Shown here piece by piece: positions 38,474 through 49,147 of a DNA stretch of 64,000 nt. Within the stretch, counting starts at the first letter, position 1. Each line of letters begins with the position of its first letter. The notes below the pieces were generated by a model, which had not been told where the DNA came from, made no database searches, and worked only from the letters and a program-made list of their open reading frames with translations. Origin of the DNA: Candidatus Zixiibacteriota bacterium. GTDB taxonomy: Bacteria; Zixibacteria; MSB-5A5; GN15; FEB-12. The translations under genes and the position numbers were made by a program. The stretch is taken from the NCBI GenBank assembly GCA_034003725.1, contig JAVEYB010000010.1, positions 44,654 through 108,653 of the forward strand, given 5' to 3'.

Positions 38474-39676
38474 ATGATAGACTTCTCCCTTACCGACAAT
38501 CATCTCGCTGTCCGTGACATGGCCCGCAATGTGGCGTCGAAGGTGGTCCTTCCGAAAATCCGCGAGTACGACCGGGCGCACAAACCGAACCCTGAATTGC
38601 TCGACGCCATGGCCTCGGCTAACCTGCTTGGCTTCTGTATTCCCGAGCAGTACGGCGGTCTCGGCATGGACTACATCTCGCTCGGGTTGGCCTCGGAGGA
38701 AATGGAATACGCGGACACGGCGGCCCGGGTAGTGCTGTCGGTACATATCGGCCTGTATTGTCTGCCGGTGCTGACGTGGGCAAGTGAGGAGCAGAAGCAG
38801 AAGTTTCTTACGCCGGCGGCCCGGGGCGAAAAGATCGGCTGTTTTGGACTGACGGAGCCGGGGGCGGGTTCCGACGTCGTCGGCATACAGACGACGGCTG
38901 TTCGCGACGGTGATCATTACATCCTGAACGGCGAAAAAATGTGGATCTCACTGGCGACGGCGGCCGACTTTTTCCTGACCTTCGCATGGACGGACCTGGA
39001 GAAGAAACGCCGACGCGATCACAGCGGCATTTCGGCGTTCATCCTCGAAAAAGGCATGGACGGGCTGACCACCAGCAAGATCGAGGGAAAGCTGGGCGTG
39101 CGGTCGGGCGACACGGGGTCGTACGCGATGCAGGACGTCCGCGTGCCGTCGGCCAACCTCGTGCACAAGGAAGGGGCCGGGTTTAAGATTGCGATGTTCT
39201 GCCTCGATCAGGGGCGCTACACGGTGGCGGCGGGATCGTGCGGGCTTATTCGCGCGTGCCGGGACGCCTGCGTGGGCTACGCTCATCAGCGCAAGACCTT
39301 TGGCGTAGAGATCGCCGAACATCAGTTGGTCAAGCAGATGATCGCCAACATGGAAGCCGGGTACGAGTACAGCACCTACCTGTGGATGAAAGCAGGCTGG
39401 CTCAAAAACCAGGGCAAGCGCTCGACCAAAGCGACTTCGCTGGCCAAGTGGATCGCCTGCCGAGAGGCCGAAGAAGCCGCCGCCAACGCCGTCCAGGTGT
39501 TCGGGGCCTACGGCTTCTCCGATGAGTACCCGGTGGAGCGGTTCTATCGCAACGCCAAGGGCGCGTCGATTTACGAAGGCACTCGCGAGGTCCACACGCT
39601 GATGCAGGCCGACTACGCGCTCGGCTCACGGCAGGACACGGAGCTCGAGCGGGATCTGCCGAGGGTGGAGCAGTAG
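38474..39676 (+). CDS. Acyl-CoA dehydrogenase
   Basis: [21 protein letters not shown]...[14 protein letters not shown]...[34 protein letters not shown]. The ORF-track start (38228) extends across the promoter, so I use the ATG at 38474. Confidence 0.92.
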   Translation: MIDFSLTDNHLAVRDMARNVASKVVLPKIREYDRAHKPNPELLDAMASANLLGFCIPEQYGGLGMDYISLGLASEEMEYADTAARVVLSVHIGLYCLPVLTWASEEQKQKFLTPAARGEKIGCFGLTEPGAGSDVVGIQTTAVRDGDHYILNGEKMWISLATAADFFLTFAWTDLEKKRRRDHSGISAFILEKGMDGLTTSKIEGKLGVRSGDTGSYAMQDVRVPSANLVHKEGAGFKIAMFCLDQGRYTVAAGSCGLIRACRDACVGYAHQRKTFGVEIAEHQLVKQMIANMEAGYEYSTYLWMKAGWLKNQGKRSTKATSLAKWIACREAEEAAANAVQVFGAYGFSDEYPVERFYRNAKGASIYEGTREVHTLMQADYALGSRQDTELERDLPRVEQ

Positions 39677-39849
39677 GTTTCAGATTCTATGGCGTGTGGC
39701 CGTGACTTCAGTCACGGTTCGCACGCCTGTCGCAATTGAGTGCCGATGACCGCGCCTGATTTCTCGACCACAAGCTCTATCATCCTCAATAACATCACAT
39801 AGCCCCCCACAGTACCGTATCAACACACACGGTAGAAACGAACTTTTTC

Positions 39850-39906
39850 GTTGTACAAGTCTGATCACGCGTGACTTACAGCGAAATAGGTTCGTTTTGT
39901 CGTTTT
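39850..39906 (+). repeat. Copy B of the dispersed GTACAAG...GTTTTGTC element (left arm of an inverted pair)
   Basis: gttgtacaagtctgatcacgcgtgacttacagcgaaataggttcgttttgtcgtttt. It matches copy A (9268-) and the reverse complement of 40297..40352. Confidence 0.8.
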
Positions 39907-39939
39907 CCGAGGAGTGCGATTCTTCCCCTCTCCCTCGAC

Positions 39940-39965
39940 GGGCGGTCGGAACCGCCCAGTTTTTT
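39940..39965 (+). terminator. Rho-independent terminator-like hairpin inside the gene-free region
   Basis: gggcggt-cgga-accgccc (7-bp stem) followed by agtttttt. It lies ~35 nt downstream of repeat copy B. Confidence 0.6.
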
Positions 39966-40025
39966 GATAAGGCGGGGGCAAGGGTCGCCCACAGCTTGGG
40001 GCTTGTTGAGAAAGCCAATATGAGT

Positions 40026-40085
40026 GCTGTCAGGCGACCCCGCCTGACAGCCCTCGTGCGTGGAGTACGTCCCAGTGCGCCACGC
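40026..40085. repeat. REP-like mosaic (gctgtcaggcgaccccgcctgacagc plus gtgcgtggagtacgtcccagtgcgccacgc)
   Basis: The palindromic modules are shared with 17944..17972, 26711..26740 and 40570..40645. Confidence 0.8.
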
Positions 40086-40296
40086 GAACCGCTGAGCTAA
40101 TTCCCCCTCACATTTTCACTACAGCCTCGATGGTAAAAACGGCGCGGCCCCTATAGTAGACGATGGAGCCAATGAGAATGCAATCGATGCGACCGAAAAT
40201 CGACCGACGATCATCCGGCTGCGACACTGGAGGAGTCTCTCAGTCAACGCAATACGACTGCATCGGAGAAGAACAGTCCAAAATGGGGGCCCCCAT

Positions 40297-40352
40297 AAAA
40301 TGACAAAACGAACCTATTTCCCCGTAACGCTCACGCAACCACGCTTGTACAA
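40297..40352 (-). repeat. Copy C of the dispersed element (right arm of the inverted pair)
   Basis: The reverse complement reads attgtacaagcgtggttgcgtgagcgttacggggaaataggttcgttttgtcatttt. It is adjacent to the perfect 14-bp palindrome atgggggcccccat (40283..40296). Confidence 0.8.
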
Positions 40353-40436
40353 TGATTTTTCTGTTCTCTCGCGTGTGCGGAGTGGATCACATGTCGCAGC
40401 GGTGCGTCATGTGGTGACGGTTTGGATGGCTGGGTT

Positions 40437-40645
40437 CCGCGGCGCACGGGGACGTACGCCACGCACGGATCAAAGATAGACTCCCGCCCACGCGGGAGTG
40501 ACACGCCTGCAGCGTGTCGTCAATGGCGAGGTCGAGGCACGAGGACGTACCCCACGCACGCCACTCAAAGGGCTGTCAGGCGGGGTCGCCTGACAGCACA
40601 CAATGCCCCTTGCTTCGATACGACTGTCGGGCGGGGTCGCCGGAC
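40437..40645. repeat. Cluster of REP-like palindromes
   Basis: Contains cgcacggggacgtacgccacgcac, ctcccgc-ccac-gcgggag, gacacgc-ctgca-gcgtgtc, gctgtcaggcggggtcgcctgacagc (40570..40595) and ctgtcgggcggggtcgccggacag (40622..40645). Confidence 0.8.
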
Positions 40646-40660
40646 AGCACGGCGTAGTCC

Positions 40661-41095
40661 CTACTTCGTGTTTACACCCAGCTTGCGGCCGATGAAAGCG
40701 TCGAGCGACAGTTTGCCCGGACCGGTCAGCAACAACAGGACGTAGGCGGACAGAAACAGCAGGGGAAGCTCCTGTTTCCCGAACGGGTCATCGGCATGGA
40801 CGATCAGCGCCGCGGTCGACATTGTCACGATCAGCGGGATAACGGCCGCCCGAGTCATAAGGCCGAGGATAACGGCCAACGAGCACACAAACTCGGCGAA
40901 AGCGGCCAGGACCAGCGACGTGCCCGGACCAAGCCCGAGCGGATCGCCAAATTGCATATTGCCGGCTAGGACCCGGCCGACCTTGCCGTATCCGTGGCCG
41001 ATAATCATGAGCAGTCCGACGCCAAGCCGAAGTAACAGCAGTCCCCAGTCGGCGGCGGGCGAGACAAGGCCGGTCCTGAACAAAAGATTCTTCAT
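40661..41095 (-). CDS. DoxX-family membrane protein
   Basis: 144 aa from the ATG at 41095: MKNLLFRTGLVSPAADWGLLLLRLGVGLLMIIGHGYGK... with four hydrophobic helices. The ORF-track 254-aa version extends over non-coding DNA. Confidence 0.8.
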   Translation of the reverse strand: MKNLLFRTGLVSPAADWGLLLLRLGVGLLMIIGHGYGKVGRVLAGNMQFGDPLGLGPGTSLVLAAFAEFVCSLAVILGLMTRAAVIPLIVTMSTAALIVHADDPFGKQELPLLFLSAYVLLLLTGPGKLSLDAFIGRKLGVNTK

Positions 41096-41285
41096 CGGTC
41101 GCTCCCTGTTGTGGTGTTGACGCCCGTCCGGGCGCCGTCGGTTCGAGGCTTCCTCAGTGAAACACCCGCAGGTCGGGCAGAGTTCATCGACAGTCTGAAG
41201 ACACGCTGGGCGAGGCCAGGTTAAATAAACGTAGTCGCCCTTCAAGGAGCTCAGGGTGAGGTGCGCTGAAGGTTGGGGTGACAGG

Positions 41286-41312
41286 AAAAACGGCTCAGAG
41301 AATTCTGAGCCG
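41286..41312 (-). terminator. Rho-independent terminator of glmS
   Basis: cggctcag-agaatt-ctgagccg. On the minus strand a T-run follows (plus-strand A-run at 41286..41290). Confidence 0.8.
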
Positions 41313-41373
41313 TTCGGCAGTTCTGTCTCCGTGCAACCGTCGGACGCCCGTCCGGTTGCGGCCATCGTGTCGG

Positions 41374-43200
<1,827 letters not shown>

Positions 43201-43215
43201 TCCGTACGCCCCTGA

Positions 43216-44574
43216 CTATCTAAAGAATGATTTGACCTTTGTACCCAGGCGGGCGGTCAAACGTTCGTCGTTCGTTTCGATGATGAGTCGATAAATCGGT
43301 TCAGTGTTCGAAGACCGGACCTGCACCCAACCGTCGGCGAAGTCGAAGCGGAGGCCGTCCTGTCGATCCACGGTCGTGTTGCCGAGGAGGGCCGGAACCT
43401 CCCGTTCGAGCCGGGCCAGGCGGGAATCAAAGTCATCCGGCATGGCCGCCTTCGTCTTCATAGTATAATAACGCCCAAACGATTCAACAAGGTCCGCGAG
43501 CGTTTTCTTTTCGGTCGCCAATTCGGACAGGGTCAAGGCGGCGGCGATCAGGCTGTCGCGCCCGGCGTGGAAACGCGGGTAAATGACGCCGCCGTTGCCT
43601 TCTCCCCCGATTACGGCCTTTTTCCGACGCATGAGTTCGACGACATTCGCTTCGCCCACTTTTGACAGGTACACTCGGGAGCCGGACTTTCGGGCGGCCT
43701 CGGCGGTGACATTCGATGTCGAGAGGTTGATGACGGTCGGCCCTTTTTCTTTCCTGAGGACGTGACGGACGGCGATGGCCAGCGTCAATTCTTCGCCGAT
43801 CGGGCACCCGGTGTGGTCTACGAGGGCGAGCCGATCCGCGTCCGGGTCGCATGCCATACCGAGGTCGGCCTTGTGTTTGCGGACGGCCGCGGCCAATGGC
43901 CCGAGGTTCTCGGGAATTGGCTCCGGTTCATGGACGAATTCGCCGTTGCCGTCGCAGTTCAGCCGGATGACTCTGGCACCGAGCCGGTGCAGCAGTTCGG
44001 GGAGGGCGTGCGAGCCGGCCCCGTTGATGGCATCAACCACGACCGTAAACCGCGCTTTTTTAATCGCTGGTCGATTGACTACTTTGAGCGCCAACACCTT
44101 CTGGATGTGAATATCGATAAACCGGTCGTTATACGAAAGCTTCCCGAGCGCCGTATGAGGTTTGAACGCAAACGAGTTGGCGTCTTTGGCGGCTTTGAGT
44201 TTGTCAAACTGGGCGGGAGTGACGAAGTCCCCACGGTCGCTGAAAAACTTGAGGGCGTTCCATTGGGCGGGATTGTGTGACGCCGTGATGCACATGCCGC
44301 CCCGGGCTTTGAGTTCTTTGACTGCAATCTCGACGGTCGGCGTCGGAACTACACCGATATCGACGACATCAATGCCCACCGCAAGCAGGGAGGAGACGAC
44401 CGCATCGCGCACCATCGGACCCGTCTTTCGGCTGTCGCGGCCGAGAACGACCGTTCCGGATTTCAGCATAGTGCCGAAGGCGGCGGCGTACCGGGCGACG
44501 AGGATGGGATCGAGGCCGTTGCCGATAACCCCTCGTACACCCGAGGTCGACTCTTTGAGTTCTTTTTTCTTCAT
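43216..44574 (-). CDS. Phosphohexomutase family; probable phosphoglucosamine mutase given glmS linkage
   Basis: GVRGVIG; active-site serine loop CITASHNPAQWNALKF; metal loop VVVDAINGAG...; GEGNGGVI. It lies 15 nt upstream of glmS. Phosphoglucosamine versus phosphomannose specificity cannot be decided from sequence by eye. Confidence 0.8.
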   Translation of the reverse strand: MKKKELKESTSGVRGVIGNGLDPILVARYAAAFGTMLKSGTVVLGRDSRKTGPMVRDAVVSSLLAVGIDVVDIGVVPTPTVEIAVKELKARGGMCITASHNPAQWNALKFFSDRGDFVTPAQFDKLKAAKDANSFAFKPHTALGKLSYNDRFIDIHIQKVLALKVVNRPAIKKARFTVVVDAINGAGSHALPELLHRLGARVIRLNCDGNGEFVHEPEPIPENLGPLAAAVRKHKADLGMACDPDADRLALVDHTGCPIGEELTLAIAVRHVLRKEKGPTVINLSTSNVTAEAARKSGSRVYLSKVGEANVVELMRRKKAVIGGEGNGGVIYPRFHAGRDSLIAAALTLSELATEKKTLADLVESFGRYYTMKTKAAMPDDFDSRLARLEREVPALLGNTTVDRQDGLRFDFADGWVQVRSSNTEPIYRLIIETNDERLTARLGTKVKSFFR

Positions 44575-44664
44575 AGAGATATGTCCAGTATCCTAGTAAT
44601 GTATCGATCAATTTGGCGGTTTGTTCACATCCTGCCGAGGCAGAGTGGAGTTTGGCCCTGCGGG

Positions 44665-45450
44665 CTACCCTGACAGAACGGCTGCCATTGCAGAGTGCAG
44701 GCGGCCATTGGAGGCCAGCAGGTCCTTGTCATAAATGGAGTACGGGCGGCCGTCGATTCGGCTGACCCGTCCCCCCGCCTCGGTGACGGCCAGCGCGGCC
44801 GCAGCAGTATCCCAGGGGTGTAGTTTCAGCTCCCAGAAGCCGTCGATCCGGCCCGCTGCCAGCCAGCAGAGATCCAGCGCGGCGGAGCCGGGACGCCGGA
44901 TTCCCTGGGCCTTTTTTGCCATTCGGGCAAAGAGACCGAGGTTATTCCGTTTCGCCGTGCCGATGTCGTAGGCGAAACCGGTAGCCAGCAGGGCGCGTTC
45001 CAGGCGGCGTTCCCGGGAGACCTGAAGTTTACGCTTATTAATGTGTGCTCCCTGCCCGAGGCCGGCGGAGAACATTTCATTGCGTTCGGGATCAAACACC
45101 GCTCCAGCCACGATGACGCCGTCGCGCTCGACGGCGATCGAGACGCAGTAGATAGGAAAGCCGTGCATGAAGTTAACGGTGCCGTCGAGGGGGTCGATCA
45201 CCCAGCGCCAACTGGACCGTTGTCCGGTCTGGGTACCTTCCTCGGCCAGCACCTCGTGGTCGGGGTAGCGTCGCTCGATCCGGGAGACGAGATAGCGTTC
45301 GGCTTTGCGGTCGAATTCGGTGACGGGATCGATTCGTCCTTTGTAATCGATGGTCTTAGACAGGGAGAATCCCCGTTTGAGGATGGCGCCGGCGCCGGCC
45401 GCGAGCTCGCGGCAATATCCGGTCAGTTCCCGCGTCTGTCTGTCGCTCAT
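44665..45450 (-). CDS. Inositol monophosphatase family protein (SuhB-like)
   Basis: DPVTEFD, WVIDPLDGTVNF, and HPWDTAAAALAVTEAGG motifs. Confidence 0.9.
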   Translation of the reverse strand: MSDRQTRELTGYCRELAAGAGAILKRGFSLSKTIDYKGRIDPVTEFDRKAERYLVSRIERRYPDHEVLAEEGTQTGQRSSWRWVIDPLDGTVNFMHGFPIYCVSIAVERDGVIVAGAVFDPERNEMFSAGLGQGAHINKRKLQVSRERRLERALLATGFAYDIGTAKRNNLGLFARMAKKAQGIRRPGSAALDLCWLAAGRIDGFWELKLHPWDTAAAALAVTEAGGRVSRIDGRPYSIYDKDLLASNGRLHSAMAAVLSG

Positions 45451-47276
45451 ACACTCTTGCTCGTGGGCTGCTCCGAGACGATGGAGGGCCCGGCCCCTCG
45501 TTCCTGCTTGAACTGCATCTGGTACAACTTATAGTAAATGCCCCGCTGCTTCAACAACTCGTCGTGGCGACCGGATTCGCGAAGCTGGCCGTGGTGGAAG
45601 ACGAGGATTTTATCGGCCCGCTCGATTGTCGAGAGTCGGTGAGCGATGATGATTGACGTCCGATCCTTGAGCAGTTCGTCGAGCGCACGCTGGATAAGCA
45701 GTTCGGTTTCGGTGTCCACCGAGCTGGTGGCCTCGTCGAGGATGAGGATTTCCGGATCGAAAGCGAGCGCGCGCGCGAACGAGAGCAACTGTTTCTGGCC
45801 GGTCGACAGAGTGGCGCCGCGTTCCCGGATCTCGGATTGGATACCGTTCGGCAGTCTTTCGAGGAAGCGATCGAAACCGACGCGTGAGAGCGCCGCCCGG
45901 ACCTCGTCGTCCGTGATCGACTGGTCGCGCAGGCGAACATTGCCGGCGTAGTCGCCGCTGAACAAAAAGACGTCCTGCAGCACGAGGGCCATGTGGCCCC
46001 GCAGTTTCGGGATCGACCACCGGCGTATATCGATCCCGTCGAAACTGATCGATCCTTTCTGGAAGTCATAGAAGCGGTACAGCAGGGAGATCAGCGAGGT
46101 CTTGCCTGCTCCGGTGGCCCCGACGATCGCGATTTTCTCTTTTGGTGCAACCGAGAAGGTGACGTCGCGCAACACCCAGTCTTCGTCGTTGTAGGCGAAC
46201 CACAGGTTCTCGACATCAATCCGCCCGGAGAGACCGTTGGTTTCGGCCGGAGTTGCGGGGGCTTCAATCTGGGGCGGGGTATCGAGGAGCTTGAAGATGC
46301 GCTCCGACGAGGCCATGGACGACTGCAGGACGTTGTACTTGTCGGAGAGGTCGCGTATCGGGCGATAGAACATTTCCACGAGCTGGATGAATGCGACCAG
46401 TTGTCCGAGGGTCATGATATCGGATTCGACCTGCAGCCCGCCGTAGTAGAGAATAAGGACCACCGACAGGACGCCGATCACTTCGACGGTCGGGAAAAAT
46501 GTCGCGTAGTAGATGATCGAGCGCTGGTGGGCGGAGCGGAGGTCCGTGTTGATTTCATCGAAGCGGTCGAACGTCCGCTTTTCCTGCACGAAGAGCTGGA
46601 CGATCGACATGCCGGTGATGTGTTCCTGCAGGAAGGCATTCAGGCGGGCGAGTCGCGTCCGGACCTCGCGATAGACCTGTCGGACTTTCACGCGGAATAT
46701 GGCGGTGGCGGCAACCAGCAGCGGCAGCACCACGAAACTCACCAGCGCGAGCCTCCAGTTTTCGAGCAGCATGTACGTTACGATCAGCACGACCATGACG
46801 AGGTCACCGATGATCGTCACCACGCCGGACGAGAACATTTCGTCGAGTACGTTAACGTCGTTGGTCACGCGGGTCAGGATGCGACCGACGGGGTTTTTGT
46901 CGAAGAAGCCGAGATGCAGCGATTGCAGATGGCGGTAGATCTGCATCCGGATGTCGTACTGGACTTTTTGCCCGAGCCACTGGGTGAGGTAGTACTGAAC
47001 GCCGGCGGCGATAAAGGAGACGATCATCAGGCCAAAAAACACGAGGGCGATGAGATCAAACCCCTCGAGCACTCCCGGCGTGATGTGCTCATCGATGCCG
47101 ACCTGGGTCAGCTTCACCATCGCCAACCGACCGACGGACCCCAGCAAGAGCAGCACCACCGCCAGCAGCGCCCATCCCCGGTACGGTTTCATGTACCGGA
47201 GAAGGCGTTTCATGAGCCGGGAGTCGTACGCTTTTCCCAGCGCTTCTTCTTCGTGGTATCCGTTGGCGGCCGACAT
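45447..47276 (-). CDS. ABC exporter, fused TMD-NBD half-transporter (MsbA/type I exporter-like)
   Basis: Six-helix TMD, Walker A GATGAGKTS, signature LSTGQKQLLSFARAL, Walker B ILILDEATSSVD. Confidence 0.92.
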   Translation of the reverse strand: MSAANGYHEEEALGKAYDSRLMKRLLRYMKPYRGWALLAVVLLLLGSVGRLAMVKLTQVGIDEHITPGVLEGFDLIALVFFGLMIVSFIAAGVQYYLTQWLGQKVQYDIRMQIYRHLQSLHLGFFDKNPVGRILTRVTNDVNVLDEMFSSGVVTIIGDLVMVVLIVTYMLLENWRLALVSFVVLPLLVAATAIFRVKVRQVYREVRTRLARLNAFLQEHITGMSIVQLFVQEKRTFDRFDEINTDLRSAHQRSIIYYATFFPTVEVIGVLSVVLILYYGGLQVESDIMTLGQLVAFIQLVEMFYRPIRDLSDKYNVLQSSMASSERIFKLLDTPPQIEAPATPAETNGLSGRIDVENLWFAYNDEDWVLRDVTFSVAPKEKIAIVGATGAGKTSLISLLYRFYDFQKGSISFDGIDIRRWSIPKLRGHMALVLQDVFLFSGDYAGNVRLRDQSITDDEVRAALSRVGFDRFLERLPNGIQSEIRERGATLSTGQKQLLSFARALAFDPEILILDEATSSVDTETELLIQRALDELLKDRTSIIIAHRLSTIERADKILVFHHGQLRESGRHDELLKQRGIYYKLYQMQFKQERGAGPSIVSEQPTSKSV

Positions 47277-49096
47277 CAGAGCGCCTCGATCTCCTGCTCG
47301 AGCAATTGCGAGCGATACAGCGTGGCATAGTGACCGTCGAGCGCCAGCAGTTCTTCGTGCGTGCCCTGTTCGGCAATCCGACCGTCATCGAGGTAAATGA
47401 TCATGTCGGCGTCCTTGACCGACGACACGCGGTGAGAGATGATGATGGTGGTCCGATCGGATTCGGCCCGGTGGACGCGCTGGTGAATCTGGTGTTCGGT
47501 TTCGGTATCGACCGACGAGGTGGCGTCGTCGAGCACGAGAATGCCGGGATCGACGGCGAGGGCGCGGGCGATGGCGGTCCGCTGTTTCTGGCCGCCCGAC
47601 AGCGTGATGCCGCGCTCACCGACGATGGTATCGAAATGATTCGGGAAAGTGTCTATGTCTTTCGCCAGGTCTGCAGCGACGGCGGCTTCGCGAACCAGTT
47701 CGGCAGAGGCACGGTCGTTTCCGAAGCGGATGTTGTCGGCCATCGTATCGGAGAACAAAAACGGCTCCTGCGTGGCGAACCCGATCTGGCGTCGCAGCGC
47801 GGACAGGTCCCATTCATTGATGTCGATATCATCGATAAACAGCCGTCCGTGCGGGACCGGATACAGGCGGGCGATGAGCGAAACAAGTGTGGTCTTGCCG
47901 GAGCCCGTCATGCCCATTACGCCGACCGTCTGACCGGGATTAATGGTCAGATTGATATCGGTGAGCACGGGCTGAGTGTCGTACCCGAATGTCAGGTTCC
48001 GAAATTCGATTTTGCCCCGCAGAGGGCCGCCGTATAACCCGGTAGGTCGGCTGTTTTTGACGTCGGGCTCAGTGAACAAAACGCGGTTGATGCGGTCGAG
48101 CGACGCGGTGCCGCGCTGATAGAGCGAGACGACCCAGCCCATCGCGAACAGCGGCCAGAACATCATCTGCGAGTATGCGAAAAATGCGACAACCGTACCC
48201 AGCGGGACGGCGTCGGCCATCACCAGCCGCCCGCCGTAATACAGGATAATGAGGTTGATGCCGCCGGCGAGAAAATGAATGAGCGGGAAAAACAGCCCCT
48301 GCAGTTTGGCCATGCCGAGGTTGAGGTCGACATACTCGCGGGAAATTCCCGCGAAGCGTTCGATTTCCGCTTCCTCCTGACCGTATGCCTTGACGACCCG
48401 GACGCCGGCGAGGTTCTCCTGTGCGGCGACGTTCATATCCGAGAACTTGGCCTGGATTTTCGTGTACTTGCGGTGGATCAGGTTGCCGAGCTTGTTGACC
48501 AGGTACGGGAATACCAGCATCGGTGCAAGGGCATACACGGTCAATTTCGGCGAGAGCGAAAGCATGAACCCGAGGGCGATAACCAGGCCCACAACGGTGT
48601 TGGCGATATGCATCACCCCCGGACCGACCATCATCCGGACAGCCTCGAGGTCGTTGGTGGCGCGGGCCATGATGTCACCGGTGCGGGTGCGATGATAGTA
48701 GGACTGCGACAGGGACATCAGATGCCGGGCCAGCCGACCGCGCAAGCGGTATTCGATGTGCCGCGAGGTCCAGATGATCGTGCGGCGGACCAGATATCGG
48801 AACACGCCCGCCACCAGCACGAGTACGATCATCAGCCCGACCAGGTGCATCACCATGCTCATCGCGCTCTGGGCGCCGAACCAGTTCAGGTACCGCGCGA
48901 GCCCGTCCGAGTGGACGCCCTCGCCTTCGAGGATCGTGAAAACAGAGTTGATGATATACGGGTTGACAAGACTGAGGGCGTTGGCCAGGACGATGAATAC
49001 GCCGCCCCAGACCAGCGATGACTTATATTCGCGGAGGTAACCCACGATAGTCGAGAAGCGGCTCGGGGAGTGGTCGGACATGTCATGAGGTGCCAT
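47276..49096 (-). CDS. ABC exporter, fused TMD-NBD half-transporter (partner of the downstream gene)
   Basis: Walker A GMTGSGKTT, signature LSGGQKQRTAIARAL, Walker B ILVLDDATSSVD. Its stop overlaps the next start (ATGA-type junction at 47276). Confidence 0.92.
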   Translation of the reverse strand: MAPHDMSDHSPSRFSTIVGYLREYKSSLVWGGVFIVLANALSLVNPYIINSVFTILEGEGVHSDGLARYLNWFGAQSAMSMVMHLVGLMIVLVLVAGVFRYLVRRTIIWTSRHIEYRLRGRLARHLMSLSQSYYHRTRTGDIMARATNDLEAVRMMVGPGVMHIANTVVGLVIALGFMLSLSPKLTVYALAPMLVFPYLVNKLGNLIHRKYTKIQAKFSDMNVAAQENLAGVRVVKAYGQEEAEIERFAGISREYVDLNLGMAKLQGLFFPLIHFLAGGINLIILYYGGRLVMADAVPLGTVVAFFAYSQMMFWPLFAMGWVVSLYQRGTASLDRINRVLFTEPDVKNSRPTGLYGGPLRGKIEFRNLTFGYDTQPVLTDINLTINPGQTVGVMGMTGSGKTTLVSLIARLYPVPHGRLFIDDIDINEWDLSALRRQIGFATQEPFLFSDTMADNIRFGNDRASAELVREAAVAADLAKDIDTFPNHFDTIVGERGITLSGGQKQRTAIARALAVDPGILVLDDATSSVDTETEHQIHQRVHRAESDRTTIIISHRVSSVKDADMIIYLDDGRIAEQGTHEELLALDGHYATLYRSQLLEQEIEAL

Positions 49097-49147
49097 CTGC
49101 GATCCAGCCTGCTTGATTCGTCGAAACTAGTATAACACGCCGACCGA

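Noticed and set aside
40162-40305. 47-codon ORF (MEPMRMQSMRPKIDRRSSGCDTGGVSQSTQYDCIGEEQSKMGAPIK) inside the inverted-repeat-bounded segment.
   Set aside because: It has no RBS and no recognisable domain. Its end is formed by the palindrome and repeat arm. It cannot be distinguished from a chance ORF without conservation data.
43201-43215. glmS ribozyme/riboswitch upstream of glmS.
   Set aside because: Only 15 nt separate glmS from the upstream phosphohexomutase gene, so there is no room for the ~170-nt ribozyme. The 90-nt leader before the mutase gene (44575..44664) shows none of the conserved glmS ribozyme core that I can recognise.
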